Made by a program: the position numbers and the translations under genes
Notes under the pieces: model-generated
Seen by the model: only the letters and a program-made list of their open reading frames with translations
Told to the model about the DNA's origin: nothing
Databases searched by the model: none
Shown here: positions 1 to 8,648 of the stretch, piece by piece
How the letters are laid out: each line of letters begins with the position of its first letter
Numbering within the stretch: position 1 is the first letter of the stretch
Source: Bacilli bacterium
GTDB taxonomy: Bacteria > Bacillota_I > Bacilli_A > RFN20 > CAG-826
Length of the DNA: 26,879 nucleotides
Assembly: GCA_041654325.1 (NCBI GenBank)
Contig: JBAZDT010000001.1
Coordinates: forward strand, 1 to 26,879
Reading direction: 5' to 3'

Positions 1-677
1 TCAGAAATGACATCGCCATCTTTTAAAGTAATTTTCCGCGTCGCGAATTTTTCGGCAAGCAAGGAGTCGTGAGAAACGACGATGACTAATCTTCCTTGGG
101 CAATTTGGGAGAGCATCTCCATCGTCGCTAAAGCATTTTTTTGATCAAGGGCGCCAGTCGGCTCATCAGCGAGGACGATTTTCGGATTATTCGCGAGGGC
201 TCTTAGTACTGCCACCCGCTGTTTCTCACCGCCCGATAGATTGCCGATGATTTGATCGGCGAAAACGTCCATGTTGTAACTATGCAAAAGAGCTCGCCCA
301 CGACAATATGCTTTGGGAATGCCAACCCCATCGATTAAAAGAGGCAAAATGATGTTGAAAAGGACGCTTTGCTTATCAAAGAGATTATATTGCTGGAAAA
401 TATAGCCAATACAACGGTTGCGAAAAGCGCTGATTCTTTTCTCGCTCATCAAGCTAATTGCATCTCCCTCAAAGAATATGTCGCCAGAAGATGGCTTGAT
501 GATGCCCGCGATCAAGTTTAAAAGCGTTGATTTGCCCGATCCCGACTTCCCGCTTATAAGGACAAAGCCACTCGAGGCAAAAGAGATGGTGAGATTGTTT
601 AAAACAGTGAAGGTTTTTGCTCCCATCTGATAGTTTTTCGTCAAGTTCTTAACTAATAAAAAAGGTGAATTATCCAT
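1..677 (-). CDS. ABC transporter ATP-binding protein, LolD/MacB-like; 3' end runs off the window
   Basis: Manually translated from ATG at 677 (not in the ORF track because it is incomplete): MDNSPFLLVKNLTKNYQMG..., Walker A GKSGSGKS, signature LSGGEKQR, Walker B/D-loop LADEPTGALD, H-loop VSHD. The frame stays open to position 1. Confidence 0.9.
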   Translation of the reverse strand, partial: MDNSPFLLVKNLTKNYQMGAKTFTVLNNLTISFASSGFVLISGKSGSGKSTLLNLIAGIIKPSSGDIFFEGDAISLMSEKRISAFRNRCIGYIFQQYNLFDKQSVLFNIILPLLIDGVGIPKAYCRGRALLHSYNMDVFADQIIGNLSGGEKQRVAVLRALANNPKIVLADEPTGALDQKNALATMEMLSQIAQGRLVIVVSHDSLLAEKFATRKITLKDGDVIS

Positions 678-715
678 CCACCTATATATAAGAAGGAAAC
701 GCCGAGAAGATATCG

Positions 716-937
716 CTACTTGTTAATCGCCAATTGACTAGTTTCGTGGTTCAAGACTTTTTTCAAGCGCTTATTAAAGTCATAGCGGCTCATCATGATG
801 ATGTTCCCACATCCGAGGCACATGATTTTGATATCCGCTCCCACGCGGACAATCTGAAATTTCTTCGTGCGGGTAACACACGGATGCTCTTTTTTCATTT
901 CGACTATGTCGAATAGTTGGTATTCCAGCACTTGCAT
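716..937 (-). CDS. DUF951 family small protein (YyzM-like)
   Basis: DIVEMKKEHPC...FQIVRVGADIKIMCLGCGNIIMMSR matches the recognised DUF951 pattern (KKxHPC, GADIKxxCxxC). Confidence 0.85.
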   Translation of the reverse strand: MQVLEYQLFDIVEMKKEHPCVTRTKKFQIVRVGADIKIMCLGCGNIIMMSRYDFNKRLKKVLNHETSQLAINK

Positions 938-939
938 AA

Positions 940-2556
940 TTAGTAGGGATAGTCTTCCATCAAAACTGCTGAAGGCATTTTAGGTAGACCCGGCATCGTC
1001 AAAATATCGCCGGTCAGCGCGACGATGAAACCGGCCCCAGCTGATAAATTTACTTCGCGAATCGTCATGGTGAAATTGTGCGGGGCGCCGATAACCTCTG
1101 GATTATCGCTTAGGGATAGTGGGGTTTTAGCCATGCATACCGGCAAATTGCGATACCCAAGTTCATTGATCTTGGCAATTTGCGCAAGCGCTTTGGGCGA
1201 GAAATTTACTTTTCCGGCACGGTAAATCTCCGTGCAAATAATCTCGATTTTTTGTTCGATAGGAAGGTCAAGAGGGTATAGAGGTTGATATTCGGAAGGC
1301 TCTCTTTCGAGCATGTCCACCACTTTATTCGCCAGGTCGATCGCTCCTTCTCCACCTTTTAGAAAGCCGTCGAGAAAACTGACGGCATATCCGTGTTTTT
1401 CACACCATTTTTGGAGCGCGGTTATTTCGTTTAGGTGGTCGCTTGCAAAGTGGTTGATGGCGACGACGACCGGAACCTTGAATTTTTTAATATTTTCTAG
1501 ATGAACTCTAAGATTAGCGACGCCTTTGAGCAAGGCTTCCACATTTTCTTCGGCAATGTTTGCTAATAGTTGCCCGCCGTGCATTTTTAAAGCGCGCAAA
1601 GTCGCAACCATGACGACTCCGTCGGGTTTGATTCCGCTCACCCGGCAGGCGATATCGAAAAACTTCTCGGCTCCTAAATCTGAGCCGAAACCGGCTTCGG
1701 TGATCGAGATTGGCGCTAATTTGCGCGACAGTTTCAAGGCGATCAAAGAATTGCAGCCATGGGCGATATTTGCGAATGGCCCGCCGTGGATCAAGACCGG
1801 ATTATTCTCGATTGTCTGGACAAGATTTGGCTTGAGAGCTTCACGCATCAATTTCATGATTGCGTGGGAGATTTTTAAGTCGAGAAGGCGGATGGGCCTA
1901 TCGTTATCATCGTAGGCGACAATTATTTGCTGAATGCGCTTTTGAAAATCATCGACGTCATTCGCTAAGCAAAGAATAGCCATTAATTCGGAAGCGACTG
2001 TAATGACAAAACCATCTTTTCGCTCGACGCCGTTTTTCGCTCCGAGGCCAACGATTATCTCGCGAAGAGCCCGATCGTTCATATCCATCGCTCGCTTCCA
2101 AACAATACGCTGCGGATTGATTTTAAGATCATTCCCTTGAAAAATGTGATTATCGATGACCGCCGATATCAAATTAATGCTCGAAGTCAAGGCGTGCATA
2201 TCGCCTGTAAAGTGCAAATTGATTTCCTCGTGTGGCTCGATTGTCGCTAAGCCACCGCCAGTTGCTCCTCCTTTGATTCCAAAGACCGGGCCAAGTGAAG
2301 GTTCGCGAAGTGAAAGCATAGCTTTTTTGCCAATTTTAGCCAGCCCTTCGGCGAGAGCGATCGAAGTTGTTGTTTTGCCTTCTCCGGCTTTTGTGGGAGT
2401 GATGGCGGTCACGAGAACCATCTTGCCATCAGGAACACCATTTAAAACATCGAAAATGCGCATGTCGATTTTCGCTTTGTATTTGCCATAGGGCTCGAGA
2501 TATTCGCTGGAGATGCCAGCGTTTTTGGCGATTTCGTCAATTTGCATAAGGGGCAT
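940..2556 (-). CDS. fhs: Formate--tetrahydrofolate ligase
   Basis: TAITPTKAGEGKTTT, REPSLGPVFGIKGGATGGG, NLHFTGDMHA, HGGPFANIAHGCNS, TEAGFGSDLGAEKF, TMPGLP. SD GAGGTG upstream. Confidence 0.98.
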   Translation of the reverse strand: MPLMQIDEIAKNAGISSEYLEPYGKYKAKIDMRIFDVLNGVPDGKMVLVTAITPTKAGEGKTTTSIALAEGLAKIGKKAMLSLREPSLGPVFGIKGGATGGGLATIEPHEEINLHFTGDMHALTSSINLISAVIDNHIFQGNDLKINPQRIVWKRAMDMNDRALREIIVGLGAKNGVERKDGFVITVASELMAILCLANDVDDFQKRIQQIIVAYDDNDRPIRLLDLKISHAIMKLMREALKPNLVQTIENNPVLIHGGPFANIAHGCNSLIALKLSRKLAPISITEAGFGSDLGAEKFFDIACRVSGIKPDGVVMVATLRALKMHGGQLLANIAEENVEALLKGVANLRVHLENIKKFKVPVVVAINHFASDHLNEITALQKWCEKHGYAVSFLDGFLKGGEGAIDLANKVVDMLEREPSEYQPLYPLDLPIEQKIEIICTEIYRAGKVNFSPKALAQIAKINELGYRNLPVCMAKTPLSLSDNPEVIGAPHNFTMTIREVNLSAGAGFIVALTGDILTMPGLPKMPSAVLMEDYPY

Positions 2557-2599
2557 GCTTTCACCTCGCTCTTAATAATAAAAAATTTTACACTAACGC

Positions 2600-3286
2600 C
2601 TACTGTTTTAACAGGCTTTCTAAACAGAAGTATGACATCATAAGGCCAGCCGCGGAAGGGACATTCATTCCTGAGGCGAGCCGAGGACCTTTGATCAAAG
2701 GTTTTTCAAGCGAATAGACAACTGGAACATCACTCAAGCGTATGTTCTTTTTACGCAGTAAGTTTCTCATCTTTTTGGCCAACGGGTCAGTATCCGTGGC
2801 CTCGAGATTTGAAATCTTGACGAGGCTCGGGTTTAGGCGATTTGCCATCCCGAGAGAAGAGATGAAAGGGACTTTCCGCGCGATGCAAAAATGAATAAGA
2901 TTGGTTTTGGCAAGCGGCGAGTCGATGGCGTCGATAACAAAATCGATATCGACTTTTGAAAGATTGTCGAGGAGTTTCTCATCAACGGTTTGCGAGTAGA
3001 TCATAACCTTAATCGAAGGGCTGATGCTTAAGAGGCGCTTTCGCGCGACTTCGACTTTCAGCTCGCCGAGATCATGTTCCAAGAAGAGAATCTGCCGATT
3101 TAGATTTGTCGCTTCGACACGATCATAATCAACAATTAGGAAGTGGCCGATGCCCGAGCGGGCCAAACTCTCTAAGCAAGTTCCTCCGACACCGCCAAGA
3201 CCACACACTAAAACAGTTTTGGCATTCAAATTCATGATTTTTTCTTCGCCGAGCAATGACTTCAAGCGTTCAAGACGTTTTTCCAT
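2600..3286 (-). CDS. tcdA: tRNA threonylcarbamoyladenosine dehydratase (TcdA/YrvM-type ThiF/E1 family)
   Basis: GLGGVGG, DYDRVEATNLNRQI, DAID, SSLGMANR, TDPLAKKMR. It lacks the MoeB/ThiF CxxC zinc pairs, which is consistent with TcdA. Confidence 0.82.
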   Translation of the reverse strand: MEKRLERLKSLLGEEKIMNLNAKTVLVCGLGGVGGTCLESLARSGIGHFLIVDYDRVEATNLNRQILFLEHDLGELKVEVARKRLLSISPSIKVMIYSQTVDEKLLDNLSKVDIDFVIDAIDSPLAKTNLIHFCIARKVPFISSLGMANRLNPSLVKISNLEATDTDPLAKKMRNLLRKKNIRLSDVPVVYSLEKPLIKGPRLASGMNVPSAAGLMMSYFCLESLLKQ

Positions 3287-4151
3287 GATGCGCGATTCTG
3301 ATTATATCATCGACAGTTTTGACCCAATGCATATCAAATTGATGGCGAAAGAAGGTGATTTGCCTTTTCGCATAGTGCCGCGTGTTCGAAATGATATTGC
3401 TTAAAGCCTCTTCCTTACTCGTAATGCCTTGAAGGTGTTCGATGATTTCTTTGTAGCCGATAGCGTTAAAGGCCTGTTGATTATCGCCATATTTTTCGCT
3501 TAATTGCTTTACTTCTCTAATTAAGCCTTCGTTCATCATCCTGGTGACGCGAGAGACAATCCGCAAATACAAATCGCCACGATCGAATTCGATGCCGAAG
3601 AACATGCATTCATATAGCGGTCGTTCATTTCTGAGGATGGGAATATCCGATTTGCGGATTCCTTGGGCTAAAAAGATTTGAATCGCCCGCATGACGCGCC
3701 GGCGATTGTTCGGATGAATGTTATTAGCGGCCGCATGATCGATAGCTTTTAGAGATTCGTGGAGGGTTTTGTTATCCATGGCATCATAGATGGCCATGTC
3801 AATTTTGTCTTCTTCCTTAAAACGATAATCAAATAGTGCGGCTTTGATGTAGAGCCCGCTGCCCCCGAGCATAATAATCGGTATATTTCTATCTAAGAGG
3901 TCTTCGATAATGAGCCGCGCATCTTTTTGATAGCGGGCAATCGAATAATTATCGTCGAGTTCGATAAAATCGAAAAGATGGTGTTTTACACCTTGAAAGT
4001 CTTCTTCTTTGGGTTTGTTTGTGCCGATGATTAACCCCTTGTAGACATGAAAAGCATCGGCGTTGATTATCTCGCCTCCGAGGCGCTTTGCTAATTCGAT
4101 AGCAAATGCATCTTTGCCTGTGCAAGTTGGACCGGTTATTACATATATCAT
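3270..4151 (-). CDS. miaA: tRNA dimethylallyltransferase
   Basis: GPTCTGK, IGTNKP, HHLFD, GGSGLYIKA, IHPNNRRRVMRA, AIGYKE, TRHYAKRQITFF. I prefer ATG 4151 as start over TTG 4157. Confidence 0.95.
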   Translation of the reverse strand: MIYVITGPTCTGKDAFAIELAKRLGGEIINADAFHVYKGLIIGTNKPKEEDFQGVKHHLFDFIELDDNYSIARYQKDARLIIEDLLDRNIPIIMLGGSGLYIKAALFDYRFKEEDKIDMAIYDAMDNKTLHESLKAIDHAAANNIHPNNRRRVMRAIQIFLAQGIRKSDIPILRNERPLYECMFFGIEFDRGDLYLRIVSRVTRMMNEGLIREVKQLSEKYGDNQQAFNAIGYKEIIEHLQGITSKEEALSNIISNTRHYAKRQITFFRHQFDMHWVKTVDDIIRIAHHGKTS

Positions 4152-4159
4152 ACTCAAGT

Positions 4160-4168
4160 ATTATAACA
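4160..4168 (-). promoter_or_regulatory. Extended -10 promoter (TGtTATAAT) for miaA, predicting a leaderless or near-leaderless mRNA
   Basis: Minus strand gaTGtTATAATacttgagtATG: 8 nt between the -10 hexamer and ATG 4151, with no SD. Confidence 0.65.
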
Positions 4169-4188
4169 TCTAAATATTAAATTTAGAT
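4168..4188. repeat. Perfect 8-bp inverted repeat ATCTAAAT-N5-ATTTAGAT
   Basis: Read directly between the ricA-like stop and the miaA promoter. Confidence 0.8.
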
Positions 4189-4190
4189 AC

Positions 4191-4493
4191 TTACAACAAT
4201 TCGGCGATGTTTTTCAACAAATCGCGCAATTCGCTTTTTAAACTCTCGTAATTAGCGATCAACGGGTGATTGTTAAACTCACTGAGCAATGTTTCATAGA
4301 AAGTTTTTTTCGCTTCGTGCTGTTTAGGATCGACAAAGCTGAGCGATAAAGCAACTTGGGCATCGCTGAGCTGTTTTCGCAGAGCCTTAATTTCTGGGCT
4401 TTGCTCGATTAAATTGCGCAGCCGAAAATATTCGACGACGATTGTCTGACGATGTATCTCATCGACTAAATCCTGCACTTTTTCCTCAAGCAT
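4191..4493 (-). CDS. YlbF/YmcA (RicA-like) family protein
   Basis: 100-aa helical protein with ...FNNHPLIANY...ELRDLL, directly downstream of miaB as ymcA is in Bacilli. The assignment is partly positional. Confidence 0.7.
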   Translation of the reverse strand: MLEEKVQDLVDEIHRQTIVVEYFRLRNLIEQSPEIKALRKQLSDAQVALSLSFVDPKQHEAKKTFYETLLSEFNNHPLIANYESLKSELRDLLKNIAELL

Positions 4494-5925
4494 CGATTAC
4501 TTCCCCAAAAAGCGAATAGACGTGCGAATCCAAAACGCGGACATTCACGATTTTCCCAATCATCTCCGCCGTCCCTTGAAAGTGCAGCAATTTTGATGAT
4601 GCAGTATAGCCGGAAAGAACCTTTTTGTCTTTTTTGCTCCAGCCATCGACGAGGACCGCATATGTTTTTCCAATCATATTCGATGAGGCTTCAGCAATCG
4701 TCGTTTCAAGCGCTTTCGTGAGTTCTTGGAAGCGGCGGGATTTAGTTTTCTTATCGATGTTGTCTACCAGTTTGGCGGCCGGTGTTCCTTCGCGAGGCGA
4801 ATAGATAAAAGTAAAAGCGCTTTCGTATTTTACTTGTTTGACTAAATCGAGGGTATCGAGAAATTGCTCCTCGCTCTCATTTGGGAAACCGACGATGATG
4901 TCGGTGCTAATCGCGACTTCTTGAAGCGTCTCGCGTATTTTCCTAACCAGCTCCAAATATTGTTGGCGGCTATAGCGGCGACCCATCGCTTTCAGTATTT
5001 CGTCGCTGCCACTTTGGACGGGCAGATGAATATATTTCATGATGTTGTCATGGCGTTTCATCGCCTCGATAATATCCTCGCTGAAATCAAAGGGATGCGA
5101 TGTCAAAAAACGCAGGCGCGGAATGCCAAGAGCGGCGACTTCTTCGAGTAGATGGGCAAAGCTGAGTCCGGTTTGTAAATCTTTGCCATAGGAATTGACG
5201 TTTTGACCAAGAAGAGTTATTTCCTGATAACCATGTTCGACTAGTTCGCGGCATTCGCTGATGATTTCTTCAAAGGGTCGGCTTCGCTCTTGCCCACGCG
5301 TATAGGGCACAATGCAATAAGTGCAGAACTTGTCGCAGCCGTAAGATATGTTGACGTAAGCCTTATACTTAGAATTGCGGGTAGAAGGAAGTTTTTCGAC
5401 GATTTCCAGCGGTCGCGATTTGACGTCGATAACCCGGCTTTGATCGCGTAGGTGAATATCGAGAAGTTCTAAGATCTTATCGACATTGTGCGTGCCCAAA
5501 ACAATATCGACATGCGGATATTTTTCTAAGATTAAGTCGATGATGTGCTCTTGTTGGCTCATGCAACCAGATACGGCAATAATCATCTTCTTGTTGATTG
5601 TCTTAAGGCCTTTGAGCACTCCGAGCTCGCCGAACACTTTATCCTCAGCATTCTCTCTTACGGCGCACGTATTGAGGAGGACGAAATCGGCTTTGCTGGG
5701 AGCATCGGTTTTGCGAAAACCAGCTCTTTCGAGAATCCCCGCAAGAACTTCTTCATCGCGGATGTTGGCTTGACAGCCATAAGTGCGAATATAATAACTT
5801 TTATGACGAGCGAATTCCAAAACGTTTTCGGTGATGACAACATTGAAATTGCGGATCGGCATCAGCTTTTGGCGGAGCCGGGCCTCGTTTAATATCGGTT
5901 TTGAGACAATCTTCGTTTTAGCCAT
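4486..5925 (-). CDS. miaB: tRNA-2-methylthio-N6-dimethylallyladenosine synthase
   Basis: TYGCQAN, NTCAVRENAE, GCMSQ, radical SAM motif CDKFCTYC, HLPVQSGS, C-terminal TRAM domain. The start is corrected to ATG 5925, which overlaps the ymdB stop. Confidence 0.97.
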   Translation of the reverse strand: MAKTKIVSKPILNEARLRQKLMPIRNFNVVITENVLEFARHKSYYIRTYGCQANIRDEEVLAGILERAGFRKTDAPSKADFVLLNTCAVRENAEDKVFGELGVLKGLKTINKKMIIAVSGCMSQQEHIIDLILEKYPHVDIVLGTHNVDKILELLDIHLRDQSRVIDVKSRPLEIVEKLPSTRNSKYKAYVNISYGCDKFCTYCIVPYTRGQERSRPFEEIISECRELVEHGYQEITLLGQNVNSYGKDLQTGLSFAHLLEEVAALGIPRLRFLTSHPFDFSEDIIEAMKRHDNIMKYIHLPVQSGSDEILKAMGRRYSRQQYLELVRKIRETLQEVAISTDIIVGFPNESEEQFLDTLDLVKQVKYESAFTFIYSPREGTPAAKLVDNIDKKTKSRRFQELTKALETTIAEASSNMIGKTYAVLVDGWSKKDKKVLSGYTASSKLLHFQGTAEMIGKIVNVRVLDSHVYSLFGEVIDA

Positions 5926-6712
5926 CGTTTCGCCCGCTTTCGATAAGGTAAATCGGGAAAATATCGCGCGCTTTTTTGCTGACATCATCAATTTCAATCA
6001 CGATGGCGGAGAGCAACGACTGGTCGCCTTCGTCAAGTTGAAAGACATCTTTAGAACCAAATAGCGTGCGGTTGATCACTTCTTCTTTGCGAAAGCCGAT
6101 AACTCCGTTATATGCCCCGCACATTCCAATATCGCTTATATAAGCGGTTTGATTAGGAAGAAGGCGATAATCGCGCGTTTGAACATGCGTATGCGTGCCG
6201 ACAACAGCGCTTACCAAGCCATCAAAGGCATAGGCAAACGCCATCTTTTCCGCCGTCGCTTCGCCATGAAAATCCACGATGTGAATTTCATCTTCGACTT
6301 CGCTTAGCAAATCTTTTAAGGCTTGATAAGGATGGTTGACATTCTCGAGCATAAATGCGGTTCCGAGAATGTTTGTGACACGGATTTTAACGTTATTTAC
6401 TTCAAAGACGCGACTTCCTGATCCCCCAATTAAATGCAAAATATTAAGAGGGCGAACTAAGCATGCCGCTTCATCGATAAAGCGCAAAATATCGCTTTTG
6501 CGAGCGTAGTGATTGCCTAAAGTAATGACATCGATACCAGCTTCGATTAATTCATCGTAATGCTTCTCGATCAAGCCTTTGCCATGGGTGGCGTTTTCAC
6601 CGTTGGCAATCACAAAATCAATGCGATGTTTATCAACTAATTCCTGAAGGTGGCGTTTGACGACTTGCCGGCCGTTGCGGCCGACAATGTCGCCAAAGAA
6701 AAGAATTCTCAT
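5918..6712 (-). CDS. ymdB: YmdB-type metallophosphoesterase (2',3'-cyclic nucleotide phosphodiesterase)
   Basis: GDIVG, NGENATHGKG, TLGNH, DFHGEATAEK, GTHTHVQT, DIGMCG; immediately downstream of rny. Confidence 0.95.
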   Translation of the reverse strand: MRILFFGDIVGRNGRQVVKRHLQELVDKHRIDFVIANGENATHGKGLIEKHYDELIEAGIDVITLGNHYARKSDILRFIDEAACLVRPLNILHLIGGSGSRVFEVNNVKIRVTNILGTAFMLENVNHPYQALKDLLSEVEDEIHIVDFHGEATAEKMAFAYAFDGLVSAVVGTHTHVQTRDYRLLPNQTAYISDIGMCGAYNGVIGFRKEEVINRTLFGSKDVFQLDEGDQSLLSAIVIEIDDVSKKARDIFPIYLIESGRNDG

Positions 6713-6734
6713 CAATTATGCTTTCTAACTTAAA

Positions 6735-8297
6735 CTACTTAGCGGTTTCAACGGCGCGGTATTCACGGATGACAGAAACTTTGATTTGACCTGGATAAGT
6801 TAATTCGTTTTCGATTTTCTCACGGATATCGCGAGCGAGTTTATAAGCGGCGAGGTCGTCGATTTTTTCTGGAATAACCATCACGCGCACTTCGCGGCCT
6901 GATTGCATAGCATAAGATTGGTATACTCCTTCATAAGATTTGCATAGGCTTTCAAGCTTTTCAATGCGCTTGATGTAGTTGGCGACGGTTTCGCTTCGCG
7001 CTCCTGGGCGAGCAGCTGATAATGTATCAGCAGCAGCGACAAGATGCGAGATGACAAATTTGGCTTCGACATCTCCGTGATGCGATTCAATCGCGTTGAT
7101 GACGACTTCTGGCTCGCCGTATTTCTTGGCGAGGCGCGCGCCGATTTCAACGTGCGAGCCATCGATTTCAAAGTCCATTGATTTTCCGATGTCATGAAGC
7201 AGGCCAGCGCGTTTAGCGAGGTTTTGATCAAGGCCTAATTCGACAGCCATGATCCCCGCTAAGTAAGCGACTTCCATCGCGTGGTCGTAAGCGTTTTGGC
7301 CATAGCTGGTCCGGTATTTTAACCGCCCGACATAAGTTAGTAGTTCCTTGTTGATGCGCGGCAAGCCGAGTTTAAAGGCGGCTTCTTCGCCGGCTTTGCG
7401 AATCGACTCGTCGACTTCCACTTTGACTTTTTCGACAACTTCTTCGATGCGTCCAGGTTGTATTCGACCATCTTTGATTAGTTTCTCAAGCGTAAGTTTG
7501 GCGATTTCGCGGCGGATTGGGTCAAAGCATGAAACAGTGATGACTTCTGGCGTATCGTCGATAATCAAATCGACGCCTAAAAGCTGTTCGAGGGAGCGGA
7601 TGTTACGGCCTTCGCGGCCGATGATGCGCCCTTTCATCTCATCGCTTGGGAGGGCGACGGCGGAGACGGTTCTCTCCGTCGTGACTTCCTGGGCGTATTT
7701 GTTGATAGCAAGGCCGATCAAATCGCGGGCCTTTTCTTGGGCGGTGTCTTTGGCTTCATCTTCTTTATTTTTGATAAAGGCGGAGATCTCCTTTGACAGT
7801 TTGCTTTCCACTCTTTGGAAAATCTCTTCGCGGGCTTCATTAACCGATAGTTGGGCAACTTTTTCGAGTTCTTGAATGATCGAGTCGATTTTCTCTTGGA
7901 GAATTTGCTCCTTGTGATCAATTTCCTTCAAGCGGCGGTTCAACGTTTCCGTCTTCTCTTCGATAACGTTTTCTTTAGTGATGAGAATCGCGTCGCGGCG
8001 ATCGATGTTGGCTTCGCGTTGCGACAGCTTGTTGTCCAACACAAGATACTCGGCTTTTTTCTCTTTGATTTCTTTTTCGGTTTCAAGCTTCATCTCGTAA
8101 GCGACTTGCTTGGCATCGATTTGGGCGGATTTGACGATGTGTTCAGACTTGATTTCGGCATCGCGGATAATCTTGTCAGCTTTTTTGCTGGCGCTTTTCG
8201 CTCTTAAAGCTGGAATGACAAAAACGAGTAAAATCCCGATTCCGAGTCCGGCCAAAGCAGCGGCGATTATCAGGATGGTGGCTAGAATTGGATCCAT
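6735..8297 (-). CDS. rny: Ribonuclease Y
   Basis: N-terminal TM, coiled coil, KH motif [16 protein letters not shown] motif [18 protein letters not shown]. Strong SD AAGGAGGT. Confidence 0.98.
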   Translation of the reverse strand: MDPILATILIIAAALAGLGIGILLVFVIPALRAKSASKKADKIIRDAEIKSEHIVKSAQIDAKQVAYEMKLETEKEIKEKKAEYLVLDNKLSQREANIDRRDAILITKENVIEEKTETLNRRLKEIDHKEQILQEKIDSIIQELEKVAQLSVNEAREEIFQRVESKLSKEISAFIKNKEDEAKDTAQEKARDLIGLAINKYAQEVTTERTVSAVALPSDEMKGRIIGREGRNIRSLEQLLGVDLIIDDTPEVITVSCFDPIRREIAKLTLEKLIKDGRIQPGRIEEVVEKVKVEVDESIRKAGEEAAFKLGLPRINKELLTYVGRLKYRTSYGQNAYDHAMEVAYLAGIMAVELGLDQNLAKRAGLLHDIGKSMDFEIDGSHVEIGARLAKKYGEPEVVINAIESHHGDVEAKFVISHLVAAADTLSAARPGARSETVANYIKRIEKLESLCKSYEGVYQSYAMQSGREVRVMVIPEKIDDLAAYKLARDIREKIENELTYPGQIKVSVIREYRAVETAK

Positions 8298-8512
8298 AAT
8301 AAGTACCTCCTTGGTAGTTTGTAATATGGTTATGGGATGATTTTTTTCCTATGGAAAGATAGTGAAAATATTCATCAAAAAGGTCTATTATTACCTAAAA
8401 CGAGGCTTTAAATTGCCGATTCGTTTATTTTTATAACGGATGATGATCCGATTAAGAAGACTACAAAGAATCTATGGTAATAAGTATCTTTCGATACATC
8501 GTTATTTTAGCA
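8298..8512 (-). promoter_or_regulatory. Putative rny promoter (TGcTAAAAT, 8512-8504) and ~200-nt structured 5' leader
   Basis: Extended -10 element followed by several nested complementary segments found by eye (see findings). No Rfam family recognised. Confidence 0.5.
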
Positions 8513-8589
8513 AATTGAAATAATAAAGAAAACAAAGATTGTTCATCAGGAGGATAAACTTTTGAAAAACGCTATAAATCACGACCTCA

Positions 8590-8625
8590 AAAGAAAAAAT
8601 CCGCATCATCTAGGATGGGATTTTT
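8590..8625 (-). terminator. Intrinsic terminator of recA
   Basis: Minus strand AAAAAUCC-CAUC-cuagau-GAUG-c-GGAUUUUU followed by UCUUUU, ~25 nt after the recA stop. Confidence 0.85.
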
Positions 8626-8648
8626 AATGTGAAGTGAATATATAAGGC

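Noticed and set aside
7348-8207. Plus-strand ORFs of 175 and 118 aa
   Set aside because: They are antisense shadows of rny, with no SD, no motifs, and a composition typical of reverse-frame artefacts.
8360-8377. Rex-like operator TAGTGAA-AATA-TTCATCA
   Set aside because: It has three mismatches to the consensus, lies deep in the predicted UTR, and rny is not a typical Rex target.
8528-8549. CUGAUGA plus short stem resembling a hammerhead ribozyme core
   Set aside because: The required GAAA after stem II is absent (it reads UUUC), and no stems I or III were found.
8575-8590. GGUCGUGA resembling the start of a ZTP riboswitch
   Set aside because: The remaining conserved ZTP elements are missing, and it is not upstream of fhs.
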